Part shown: positions 37,223-45,213 of the stretch, one piece after another
How the letters are laid out: the number at the start of each line of letters is the position of its first letter
How positions within the stretch are numbered: the first letter of the stretch is position 1
Assembly (NCBI GenBank): GCA_000990585.1
Contig: LBQD01000001.1
Location: 1 to 60,964 of the forward strand
Direction of reading: 5' to 3'
Source of the DNA: Candidatus Moranbacteria bacterium GW2011_GWE2_35_2-
Lineage (GTDB): Bacteria > Patescibacteriota > Minisyncoccia > Moranbacterales > UBA9337
Length of the DNA stretch: 60,964 bases
Made by a program: the position numbers and the translations under genes
Notes under the pieces: model-generated
The model's database searches: none
What the model was told of the DNA's origin: nothing
The model's input: only the letters and a program-made list of their open reading frames with translations

Positions 37223-38146
37223 ATGAATGAAAGAGATAAAACGAAAGTTGAAGAATTTTTTAAATCATTGAATTCGAGTAAGGATGGAAAAAAGGGAAGT
37301 CCTTGGATCGCAGTGATTGCTTTGCTTTTTGTCATTTTTAATATTCTTGCCGATAGCGGTATTTTTTTAATAATTATTAAATATATAAAATCTATGGGAT
37401 TTTTGACAACACTGCTGATTATTGCAGTTGCAATCGTGATAATTTCAATCAGACAAATTAATCAATATCAAAGAGGAGTGAAATTTACTCTGGGACGGTA
37501 TACCGGGATTATGGAGCCGGGATGGCGTTTGATTTTTCCAATTATTCAGAGTCATCAAAAAGTGGATATGCGTATCAAAGCGGTGGATGTTCCGGATCAG
37601 GAGGCTATTACTAAAGATAATATTTCCGTGAAAGTAAACGCGGTGATTTATTATAAAGTTTCCAATGCGGAAAAAGCGATTATTGAAGTGGAAGATTTCT
37701 TTTTTGCGGTTTCTCAATTGGCGCAAACTACAATGCGAAATGTGGTGGGCGAAGTGAATTTAGACGAACTTCTTTCTAATCGAGATGAAATTGCCGAAAG
37801 GATTCGCTTGAGTGTCGACAAAGCAACGGATGCTTGGGGAATCAAGGTTAATTCTGTGGAGCTCAAGGATGTGACGTTGCCGGAAGAAATGAAGAGAGTG
37901 ATTGGAAAGCAGGCAGAGGCAGAAAGAGAAAAGCGATCAGTGATTATCAAAGCGGAAGGAGAAGTGATTGCGGCGGAAAATTTGGCGAAAGCGGCAAATA
38001 CTTTGTCAGCTTCCAACGGCGCTTTGCATTTGCGAACATTGAATACCTTGAATGATTTGAGTAGCGATCAGTCCAATACGGTGATTTTCGCGCTTCCTAT
38101 TGAAGTTCTTCGCGCGTTTGAAAAAATGGGAGGAGATAAGAAATAA
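37223..38146 (+). CDS. SPFH/band-7 (stomatin/prohibitin-like) membrane protein
   Basis: 'QYQRGVKFTLGRY..PGWRLIFP', 'ITKDNISVKVNAVIYYKV', 'AEAEREKRSVIIKAEGE'. Confidence 0.88.
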   Translation: MNERDKTKVEEFFKSLNSSKDGKKGSPWIAVIALLFVIFNILADSGIFLIIIKYIKSMGFLTTLLIIAVAIVIISIRQINQYQRGVKFTLGRYTGIMEPGWRLIFPIIQSHQKVDMRIKAVDVPDQEAITKDNISVKVNAVIYYKVSNAEKAIIEVEDFFFAVSQLAQTTMRNVVGEVNLDELLSNRDEIAERIRLSVDKATDAWGIKVNSVELKDVTLPEEMKRVIGKQAEAEREKRSVIIKAEGEVIAAENLAKAANTLSASNGALHLRTLNTLNDLSSDQSNTVIFALPIEVLRAFEKMGGDKK

Positions 38147-38192
38147 GCGAGGATTTGAAAATTAGTATTTAATCTACGATTTCTTTGGAATT

Positions 38193-38711
38193 ATGAAAAC
38201 ATTTATTTGTGAAATTTGCGGGGATGCTTATTTAGGCATGGAAGCGCCGTCGAAGTGTCCGTTTTGCGGAGCAGATCATTATTATATTAAACAAGGAAAC
38301 GAAGCTAATCCGGTTTTTCTTCGAGAAGGAGAAATTAGTGAAATTTCTAAGAAAAATTTATTAGAGACTTTGGATTTGGAAATGAAAGCTAGTGCGATTT
38401 ATCTTTGTATGGCGGGAAAAGCATCCTCTTATGAAGTTGAAAAAATGTATAAGCGCTTGGCGAAAGTGGAACTTGAGCATGCGACAATAGCGACTAAATT
38501 TTTGAAAATCGCGATGCCGGAAATCTTGACTGAACAATGTTCGGATGAAGATCTTGAAAATTTCAAAAAAACAATCAAACTCGAGGAACATGCAACAGGA
38601 TTATATTCCAAATTTGCCAAAGAGGCGGATGAGCAAAAAATAAAAATTTTCTTTACCGCGCTTGCAAAAGTCGAGGCGGAGCATATTGAGCTGATTAGAA
38701 ACTATATTTAG
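38193..38711 (+). CDS. Rubrerythrin-like ferritin-fold protein with an N-terminal rubredoxin-type zinc ribbon
   Basis: 'CEICG...CPFCG' followed by E..H-type diiron helices ('VELEHA', 'LEEHA', 'VEAEHIE'). Confidence 0.7.
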   Translation: MKTFICEICGDAYLGMEAPSKCPFCGADHYYIKQGNEANPVFLREGEISEISKKNLLETLDLEMKASAIYLCMAGKASSYEVEKMYKRLAKVELEHATIATKFLKIAMPEILTEQCSDEDLENFKKTIKLEEHATGLYSKFAKEADEQKIKIFFTALAKVEAEHIELIRNYI

Positions 38712-38794
38712 TTTTTTTAGGATTTAACTTTTAGCTTCTTAGCTCTGCAACTTTTCCAAAAAGCTAAAAAACTAACTTCTACAAACTGAAAAAA

Positions 38795-39541
38795 ATGATT
38801 TGGATTTATACTTTAATTTCCGTAGCAATCGTGAGTCTCATTTCTTTGGTCGGGATTTTTACTTTATCTTGGAATCAGAAAAAATTATATCGCCGGCTTT
38901 TGTTTTTAGTGAGTTTTTCCGCGGGAACACTTCTAGGGGATGCTTTTATTCATTTGATTCCCGAGGCGTATGAAAATTCTTCTAGTCGTATTGCAGTTTC
39001 GATATGTATTTTGTCTGGAATTTTACTGTTTTTTATTTTAGAAAAAATTGTTCATTGGAGACATTGCCATAAAAGAGCCTGCGAAAAACATCCTCATCCG
39101 TTCGCGTATAATATTTTGGTCGGTGATTCTCTGCATAATTTTATCGACGGAATGGTTATTGCTGCCAGTTTTTTAGTGAGTGTTCCGATTGGAGTTGCCA
39201 CGGCTGTTGCCGTTATTTTTCACGAAATTCCACAGGAAATTGGTGATTTTGGTTCATTGGTTTATGGCGGATTTTCCCGAATGAAGGCTCTGATTTTTAA
39301 TTTTTTGACTGCTCTTACGGCGATTCTGGGTGCCATCATTGTTTTAATTATTGGTAAAAGTTCGACAGAAATAATTTATTTTTTAATTCCACTCACTGCC
39401 GGAGGATTTATATATATTGCTGCTTCTGATTTGATTCCCGAGTTGCATAAAGAAAATGACATAAAGAGATCAATTGGTTGTTTGATATTTCTTGTTGCCG
39501 GTGTTATGCTGATGTTTAGTTTATTATATCTGGAAGTATAA
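38795..39541 (+). CDS. ZIP-family divalent metal transporter (ZupT-like)
   Basis: 'LHNFIDGM', 'HEIPQEIGDF', about 8 TM. Confidence 0.88.
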   Translation: MIWIYTLISVAIVSLISLVGIFTLSWNQKKLYRRLLFLVSFSAGTLLGDAFIHLIPEAYENSSSRIAVSICILSGILLFFILEKIVHWRHCHKRACEKHPHPFAYNILVGDSLHNFIDGMVIAASFLVSVPIGVATAVAVIFHEIPQEIGDFGSLVYGGFSRMKALIFNFLTALTAILGAIIVLIIGKSSTEIIYFLIPLTAGGFIYIAASDLIPELHKENDIKRSIGCLIFLVAGVMLMFSLLYLEV

Positions 39542-39545
39542 ATTT

Positions 39546-40641
39546 ATGGAGGATATTAATCAAAAATTAGAAGAGTTGAAAAATAAAATCCCGAAACTTC
39601 GGGAATATCTTTGACTTGCCACAAAAAAAACAGAAAATTCTTGAATTGGAAGAAAAATCGGCGCAGGTCGGTTTTTGGGATGATGCACGTTTTGCCGGGG
39701 AGGTTATGAAAGAATTGGAAAATCTAAAAAAGGAAGTGGATGATTTTGAGAAAATTGAGCAGTGGGTAGATTATTTGGAGGAATTTTCATTGGTTGCGCA
39801 CAGCAAAGAAGAGGAAGATGAAATTGAAAAAGAATTGGGAAAATTGGAAAAAGAACTTGCAAAGTTGGAATTTCAACTTTTACTTTCCGGTGAATATGAT
39901 CGCAATAACGTTATTTTGGCGCTTCATGCCGGCGCCGGAGGAGTTGATGCACAGGATTGGACCGAGATGCTACTTCGAATGTATTTGCGTTTTGCGGAAA
40001 AAAACAATTTTAAAGCGAGAATAATTGATGAGGCGCGCGGAGCTGAGGCGGGAATAAAAAGCGTGACAATGGAAATTGATGGAGTATGGGCGTATGGAAA
40101 ACTTAAGGGTGAGGCAGGAACACATCGTTTGGTGCGGCTTTCTCCTTTCAATTCCGATAATTTGCGGCAGACATCTTTTGCTTTGGTGGAAATTTTGCCG
40201 GTGATTGAAGAAATAAAAGAGGTGGAAATTAATGATGGCGATATTCGAGTGGATGTGTATCGTTCGTCTGGGGCGGGAGGACAGAGCGTGAACACAACCG
40301 ATAGCGCGGTGCGTATTACGCATATTCCAACAGGAATTGTGGTGACTTGTCAGAATGAGAGATCGCAACTGCAAAATAAAGAAAAGGCGATGAAAATTTT
40401 GAAGGCGAAACTGCATCAAAAATATTTGAAAGAAAAAGAGGAGGAAAAGAAAAAATTGCGAGGAGAATATCGCAGTGCCGAATGGGGAAGCCAGATTCGT
40501 TCTTATGTTATTCACCCATATAAAATGGTCAAGGATCATCGGACGAAATTTGAAACTACCGAGCCGGAAGAAGTTTTGGACGGTGAACTGGGAGAATTTA
40601 TTGAAAGTTATTTGCGATTTTTGGCAGTTGCAGAGAAATAA
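39546..40641 (+). CDS. prfB: Peptide chain release factor 2, requires programmed +1 frameshift: join(39546..39611,39613..40641)
   Basis: Frame-0 ORF MEDINQKLEELKNKIPKLREYL stops at TGA 39612-39614. The +1 frame continues DLPQKKQKILELEE...; 'RLSPFNS' (SPF) and 'SGAGGQSVNTT' (GGQ). Confidence 0.93.
39600..39615 (+). promoter_or_regulatory. RF2 autoregulatory +1 frameshift site
   Basis: 'cgg gaa tat CTT TGA C', the canonical CUU UGA C slippery/stop context with an upstream purine-rich SD-like 'cggga'. Confidence 0.85.
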
Positions 40642-40701
40642 AAAAATGGTATAATAAAAAGCAGAAAAGGCATAAGTTCTAAAATAATATAAAAAATAAA
40701 A

Positions 40702-41382
40702 ATGATCAGATACGAAAATGTTGGAAAGATTTTCTCCGGAGATTTTGTGGCACTTGAGGATGTGAATCTTCAAATTGAAAAAGGGGAATTTGTCTCTGTG
40801 ATAGGGCATAGTGGCGCAGGCAAGAGTACCTTGCTTAAACTTTTGTATGCCGAAGAGCAACCAACTTCCGGGCAAGTGCTTTTTGACGGACGGGATTTGG
40901 CGACAATTAAAAAAAGGCATTTGCCATATTATCGCCGAAATATCGGAACGGTTTTTCAGGATTTCAAGCTTCTTAGCGAAAAGACGGTTTTTCGTAATGT
41001 TTCTTATGCTTTGGAAGTGATTGGAAAAACGAGTCAAGAAATCAATGAGGAAGTTCCTGAGATTTTGGACATTGTCGGTTTAGCGGATAAAATGGAAAAA
41101 TATCCCAATCAGCTCAGCGGAGGGGAACGACAAAAAGTTTCTTTGGCGCGCGCTCTTATTCATCGTCCAGCGGTAATTGTGGCGGATGAGCCGACAGGAA
41201 ATCTAGATCCGAATTCTAGTTGGGATATTATAAAATTGCTAGTGAAAATAAATGATCTGGGAACAACGGTTATTCTGGCGACTCATGATCGGGAGGTGGT
41301 GGATAAATTAAACAAAAGAGTAGTAGTTTTGGAAAAAGGAAAAATTGTGAGTGATTGCAAAAAGGGAAAATATGTGTGTTGA
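40702..41382 (+). CDS. ftsE: Cell division ABC ATPase FtsE
   Basis: 'GHSGAGKST' (Walker A), 'LSGGERQKVSLARAL', 'VIVADEPTGNLD'; directly upstream of ftsX. Confidence 0.92.
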   Translation: MIRYENVGKIFSGDFVALEDVNLQIEKGEFVSVIGHSGAGKSTLLKLLYAEEQPTSGQVLFDGRDLATIKKRHLPYYRRNIGTVFQDFKLLSEKTVFRNVSYALEVIGKTSQEINEEVPEILDIVGLADKMEKYPNQLSGGERQKVSLARALIHRPAVIVADEPTGNLDPNSSWDIIKLLVKINDLGTTVILATHDREVVDKLNKRVVVLEKGKIVSDCKKGKYVC

Positions 41383-41439
41383 GAAGATATGTAACATATG
41401 ATTTGCAATGTAGTCGAATAATAAAATTAAATAATAAAA

Positions 41440-42360
41440 ATGTTAAAAGAAAAATTTCTAAAATTAGGAAGGACTTTCAAGGAAGGATTGAATAATTTTT
41501 TTTATAATTTTTGGCTTAGTTTTGCTACTGTGAGTATTTTGGCATTGTCGCTGTATGTTGTGAGCGCGACAGCTCTTTTGGGAATAACAGGAAACTCAAT
41601 TGTTAATAATATTAAAAATAATATCAATATCAGTATTTACTTGAATCCGGATGTTTCCACGGAGGATGTGGATTTGATTCGCCAAGAAATTACAAATATT
41701 TCGGATGTTGCTTCAGTGGATTTTGTTTCAAATGATCAAGCTCTGGACAATTTCATTAATAATACGGGAGATGATCCGGTTATTTTGGATGCGATCAAAG
41801 AAATTGGCGATAATCCGCTTTTTTCTTCTTTGGTTGTGACAGCAAAAGACAGCGCTAAGTATGACGGAATCGCTTCTTCTATTGAAAAATCTTCTTTTAC
41901 GGATAAAATAAATTCTGTCAATTACACTAGAAACAAAGAAGATATTGATAAAATTAATGTGGCAGTGGAGGATGCGGGAAAAGCAGGGATAATCTTAGGA
42001 GGAATTTTTATTTTAATTTCAGTGCTTATTACATTTAACACGATTCGCTTGTCTATGTATTCTCGTAAGCAGGAATTTGAAATTATGCGTTTGGTTGGCG
42101 CTTCAAATATGTATATTCAAATGCCGATGATTTTTGAAGGAATTTTGTATGGATTTTTTGGTTCTTTGATTGCGCTTGCGCTTTTGCCACTCACGACAAA
42201 GTTTGTTTCTTCTTTGGCGGGAAGAATTATTTCCCAGGAGAGTTTGCATGCTTTTTATTTTCAATATCTCTGGATGATTTCGGGAGCGGTCTTGGCATTT
42301 GGAATTTTGTTGGGAGTGATTAGTAGTTTCATTGCAATTCGAAGGTATTTGAAAATATAA
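41440..42360 (+). CDS. ftsX: Cell division permease FtsX
   Basis: 1 TM plus an extracytoplasmic domain plus 3 TM; 'EFEIMRLVGASNMYIQMP'. Confidence 0.9.
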   Translation: MLKEKFLKLGRTFKEGLNNFFYNFWLSFATVSILALSLYVVSATALLGITGNSIVNNIKNNINISIYLNPDVSTEDVDLIRQEITNISDVASVDFVSNDQALDNFINNTGDDPVILDAIKEIGDNPLFSSLVVTAKDSAKYDGIASSIEKSSFTDKINSVNYTRNKEDIDKINVAVEDAGKAGIILGGIFILISVLITFNTIRLSMYSRKQEFEIMRLVGASNMYIQMPMIFEGILYGFFGSLIALALLPLTTKFVSSLAGRIISQESLHAFYFQYLWMISGAVLAFGILLGVISSFIAIRRYLKI

Positions 42361-42364
42361 AAAA

Positions 42365-43045
42365 ATGTCGGAAAGTAAAAAAGCACGAAAAAAAGTTGCA
42401 AAAAAATCGAAACCTTTAAATATTTCTACCGAGGGCAAGTTTTTGCTTGTTTTGGAGGAGATGAGGGATGAGATAAAAATAGTCGCTGAGGGTCATTCTG
42501 TTTTAGCAAGAGGAATGGATGAATTGAAGGATAAAATGGGCGGCATGGAAAAAAGAATGGATGGAATGGAAAACAAAATGGGCGGTATGGAAAAAAGAAT
42601 GGATGGAATGGAAAACAAAATGGGCGGCATGGAAAACAGAATGGATGGGATGGAAAGCAAAATGGGCGGCATGGAAAACAGAATGGATGGGATGGAAAGC
42701 AAAATGGGCGGCATGGAAAAAAGAATGGATAATTTTGAAAGCGAATTGAAAGGATTGAGAAAAGAAGTGAATGATAAATCGGAAGGATTGAGAAGGGAAA
42801 TAAATGATAAATCGGAAGAATTGAGAAAGGAAATGAATCAAGGGTTCAGAATGGTTTTTAATTATACGGAAAGAATTGAAGATGAAATCAAGGATGTAAA
42901 AAAAGAAATCGAAATTCTGCGCAAGGAATTGAAAAGTAAAGCAGATGTTCAAAGATTGGAAATTTTGGAAAAACGCGTCCAAAGAATAGAGCGGGATTAC
43001 GCCATTATAATGGACAAAAGCGATAAAAAATACAAAACGCAATAA
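42365..43045 (+). CDS. Repeat-rich coiled-coil protein with Met-rich 14-aa tandem repeats
   Basis: Lys-rich N-terminus, 5x (MGGMEKRMDGMENK)-like units, then 11-aa repeats (GLRKEVNDKSE). Starts 4 nt after the ftsX stop; no signal peptide or TM seen. Confidence 0.75.
   Translation: MSESKKARKKVAKKSKPLNISTEGKFLLVLEEMRDEIKIVAEGHSVLARGMDELKDKMGGMEKRMDGMENKMGGMEKRMDGMENKMGGMENRMDGMESKMGGMENRMDGMESKMGGMEKRMDNFESELKGLRKEVNDKSEGLRREINDKSEELRKEMNQGFRMVFNYTERIEDEIKDVKKEIEILRKELKSKADVQRLEILEKRVQRIERDYAIIMDKSDKKYKTQ
42536..42745 (+). repeat. Five tandem 42-bp in-frame repeats
   Basis: 'atgggcggcatggaaaa(a/c)agaatggatgg(a/g)atggaaa(a/g)caaa' units with only a few substitutions. Confidence 0.9.
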
Positions 43046-43058
43046 CCTTGTCTTGATA

Positions 43059-43087
43059 TTGACAGATTTTTTTAAAGTGATTATTAT
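43059..43087 (+). promoter_or_regulatory. Consensus-like promoter TTGACA-17-TATTAT
   Basis: ttgaca 43059-43064, 17-nt spacer, tattat 43082-43087. Confidence 0.65.
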
Positions 43088-43094
43088 TAAGTTG

Positions 43095-43530
43095 CAAGTT
43101 GAAGTTCTTCTTTTTGTTTACGCTCCGGAAGTGGAATGCCCGGAGCTGGACCCTCAACCGCCTTTACCGGCAAAGGAGAAGATATGATGATGCATCATCC
43201 CGTTCCCCCCCGGTCGTCCTGTCGTGGACGACCCGAAAAAATGGTTACTATCGGGACCATGCTTGAGCGCTTCCAAGACACCACCGCCTGTTCAACAACT
43301 GCTGACAATGTCTGCTGATGAAGAAAGCGGAAAATTTTCCGCGGGGAGGTTAAATGACTAAGGTCGGACGCTAGGAGCCCCATAGATAGAAGTTTTATGG
43401 GTAAAAACCAATATCGATATTGGGCTTAGATATTGGTGCTCCCGAAAAACTGCCCCCTCTTGTTGTCGGTGCGGGTCCCTTGCTGATCGATTAGAAAAGC
43501 AAGGGACTCTGTTTCTCTGTCTATTTTTTC
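43095..43530 (+). ncRNA. Candidate structured RNA / orphan transcription unit of unknown class (may embed a 44-codon ORF at 43184-43318)
   Basis: GC-rich island bounded by the promoter above and a 10-bp terminator stem (43475-43484/43498-43507). At least seven hairpins, including gctccgg/ccggagc, ggtcgtcc/ggacgacc, gcggaaaattttccgc and ccaatatcgatattgg. Confidence 0.5.
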
Positions 43531-43774
43531 AAAAAGGAAAAAGGAAAGAAATAGGTTCAGCAAATGAACTTCATTCCTGTTTTTCTCTCGAAAAACAAAT
43601 CCTGAAAAAATAGACAAAAAACCTTGTTCTTTTTTATAAAGAAGGCGATGGATGTCTTCTTATCGCGCAAGCGAGCAAATGCTATTGGAAAATCCCGTAG
43701 CATTTTTTATTTGTTTTTTTCTTGATTTTTAAAAAAGTTTGGTATAGTATTTATTAAGTGTGAAATTGCAATAT

Positions 43775-43845
43775 TGGGGATTAGCCAAGCGGTAAGGCAC
43801 AAGGTTCTGGTCCTTGCATCGGGGGTTCGAATCCCTCATCCCCAA
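43775..43845 (+). tRNA. tRNA-Gln (anticodon CUG)
   Basis: TGGGGAT..AGCCAAGCGGTAAGGC..tt-CTG-gt..GGTTCGAATCC..ATCCCCA; extended -10 'tggtatagt' upstream. Confidence 0.92.
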
Positions 43846-43922
43846 CATTAAATAAAAAACCAATTTATTTCGTTGGATATTTTTTCTTTGCATAAATCTC
43901 TGTTTAGTGTAGTATTTGTTAT

Positions 43923-44666
43923 ATGAATGAAATTAAAAATGCAGAAAAAAACGAGTATCCGATGAGAATTAACAAATATTTGGCGCAAAAAGGAATTTGT
44001 TCCCGGCGGGAGGCAGACGTCTTGGTGGCGCGTTCGTTGGTCAAAATCAACGGCAGAAACGCCAAAGTTGGCGACAAAGTTTCCGAGGGCGATCAAGTGG
44101 ATGTGAGCAAGAAAGTTAAAAATTTCAAGAAATTGCAATATTTTGCCTTTAATAAGCCAGTAGGAATCGTGACAGTGAGCCCAGTTGAGGGAGAAAAAAG
44201 CGTGGCGGATATTGCCGATTTTCCCGAGGGAGTTTTCACGGTTGGGCGGCTCGACAAGGATTCGCACGGGCTTATTGTCGCAACTAATGACGGAAGGATT
44301 ACAGGAAAACTTCTTGATCCGAAATATGATCACGAGAAAGAATATCGTGTACGCGTAGACAAAAAGCTTAAAGATCGGTTTTTCCGTATTGTTTGCGGGG
44401 GAATGGATTTGGAAGGTGGAGAAATTACCAAGCCGTGCAAAGCTCGGAAAATTGATGATTATACTTTTAATATTATTCTTTCCGAAGGAAAGCGCCATCA
44501 AATCAGAAGAATGTGCGCCGCTTTGGGATACGAAGTACTCGATTTAAAAAGAGTAAGAGTGATGAGCATATATTTGGGAAATTTGCGATCCGGCGAAAAA
44601 AGGGAAATTGTCGGGAAAGAGCTGGCAGAATTTTTGCGTTTGTTGAATGTCGATAGCAGAAATTAA
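43923..44666 (+). CDS. Pseudouridine synthase, RsuA/RluB family (S4 plus catalytic domain)
   Basis: 'MRINKYLAQKGICSRREAD' (S4), 'GRLDKDSHGLIV' (catalytic Asp), 'EGKRHQIRRM'. Confidence 0.9.
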   Translation: MNEIKNAEKNEYPMRINKYLAQKGICSRREADVLVARSLVKINGRNAKVGDKVSEGDQVDVSKKVKNFKKLQYFAFNKPVGIVTVSPVEGEKSVADIADFPEGVFTVGRLDKDSHGLIVATNDGRITGKLLDPKYDHEKEYRVRVDKKLKDRFFRIVCGGMDLEGGEITKPCKARKIDDYTFNIILSEGKRHQIRRMCAALGYEVLDLKRVRVMSIYLGNLRSGEKREIVGKELAEFLRLLNVDSRN

Positions 44667-44763
44667 ATATTATATTTCTCGTAATGATAATTGCGAGTAA
44701 ATTTAAAAATTGTAAATAATACTCTAATATACAATAAAGAAGATTATAAAAAATTTGCAAATT

Positions 44764-44800
44764 AAAAAACAGGCTTCCCGTCGTGGCGGGATGCCTGTTT
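44764..44800 (-). terminator. Intrinsic terminator, best oriented for the minus strand (could serve both convergent units)
   Basis: acaggc..tcccg/cggga..gcctgt stem; T6 on the minus strand, only T3 on the plus strand. Confidence 0.65.
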
Positions 44801-44813
44801 GCAACTGTGCATA

Positions 44814-45059
44814 TCATTTTTCCATTATCGACAGAATAGATTCTGCTGGGAAAAAAGCACAGAGGATTCCAATGGGTATTCCTGTTGGGTGGGATACCTT
44901 AGTTGCGGGAGAGATTTGGAGAATCTCGTCCACGCAGTCTTTGCTTACGAATCTGCGACCAGTCGAGTCGCAGAGTAAAAAATCCTCTCCGTTCCCGAAA
45001 ATAGTGCAACTATTTTCGGTGATTATCAACAATAAAACGATCGGTCCTGAAATTGTCAT
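44814..45059 (-). CDS. Hypothetical small protein (81 aa)
   Basis: ATG with an 'agggg' SD 8 nt upstream and a terminator downstream on the same strand. Locally GC-rich; no family recognised. Coding status uncertain. Confidence 0.4.
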   Translation of the reverse strand: MTISGPIVLLLIITENSCTIFGNGEDFLLCDSTGRRFVSKDCVDEILQISPATKVSHPTGIPIGILCAFFPAESILSIMEK

Positions 45060-45213
45060 AAGCTTACCCCTATTTTTGTTTTTTGAAAAAGTACTGCGGT
45101 TTATTTGACTTTTTAGTATAATATAATATTTAAATAAAGTCAACAATTGCTGATTTTTGCCATTGATAGTATTATTAGAATAGTTAATAATAAAACAATT
45201 TAACAATGAAATT

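Noticed and set aside
39970-41037. 355-aa minus-strand ORF spanning prfB and ftsE
   Set aside because: It is antisense to two well-supported genes and crosses their intergenic spacer. The sequence is F/I/N/K-rich low complexity with no start context.
42536-42745. Tandem 42-bp repeats considered as a CRISPR-like or minisatellite array
   Set aside because: The units are directly adjacent with no spacers, are in-frame and encode a regular 14-aa protein repeat. No cas genes are present.
43100-43400. tmRNA (ssrA) on either strand
   Set aside because: The minus strand shows 'GGGGCUCC...GUCCGAC' and a 'CAGCUCC' acceptor-like 3' string. However, I found no T-arm (GGTTCGAxTCC-type), no encoded or plausible ACCA end, and no credible Ala-initiated tag ending in hydrophobic residues. 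The predicted length (about 240 nt) is short. The promoter and terminator signals are on the plus strand. A covariance-model search is still worthwhile.
44755-45108. 117-aa plus-strand ORF
   Set aside because: Its 5' end contains the strong terminator hairpin and it has no SD. The opposite-strand 81-codon ORF has an SD and a same-strand terminator. Neither ORF has a recognisable family, so confidence stays low.
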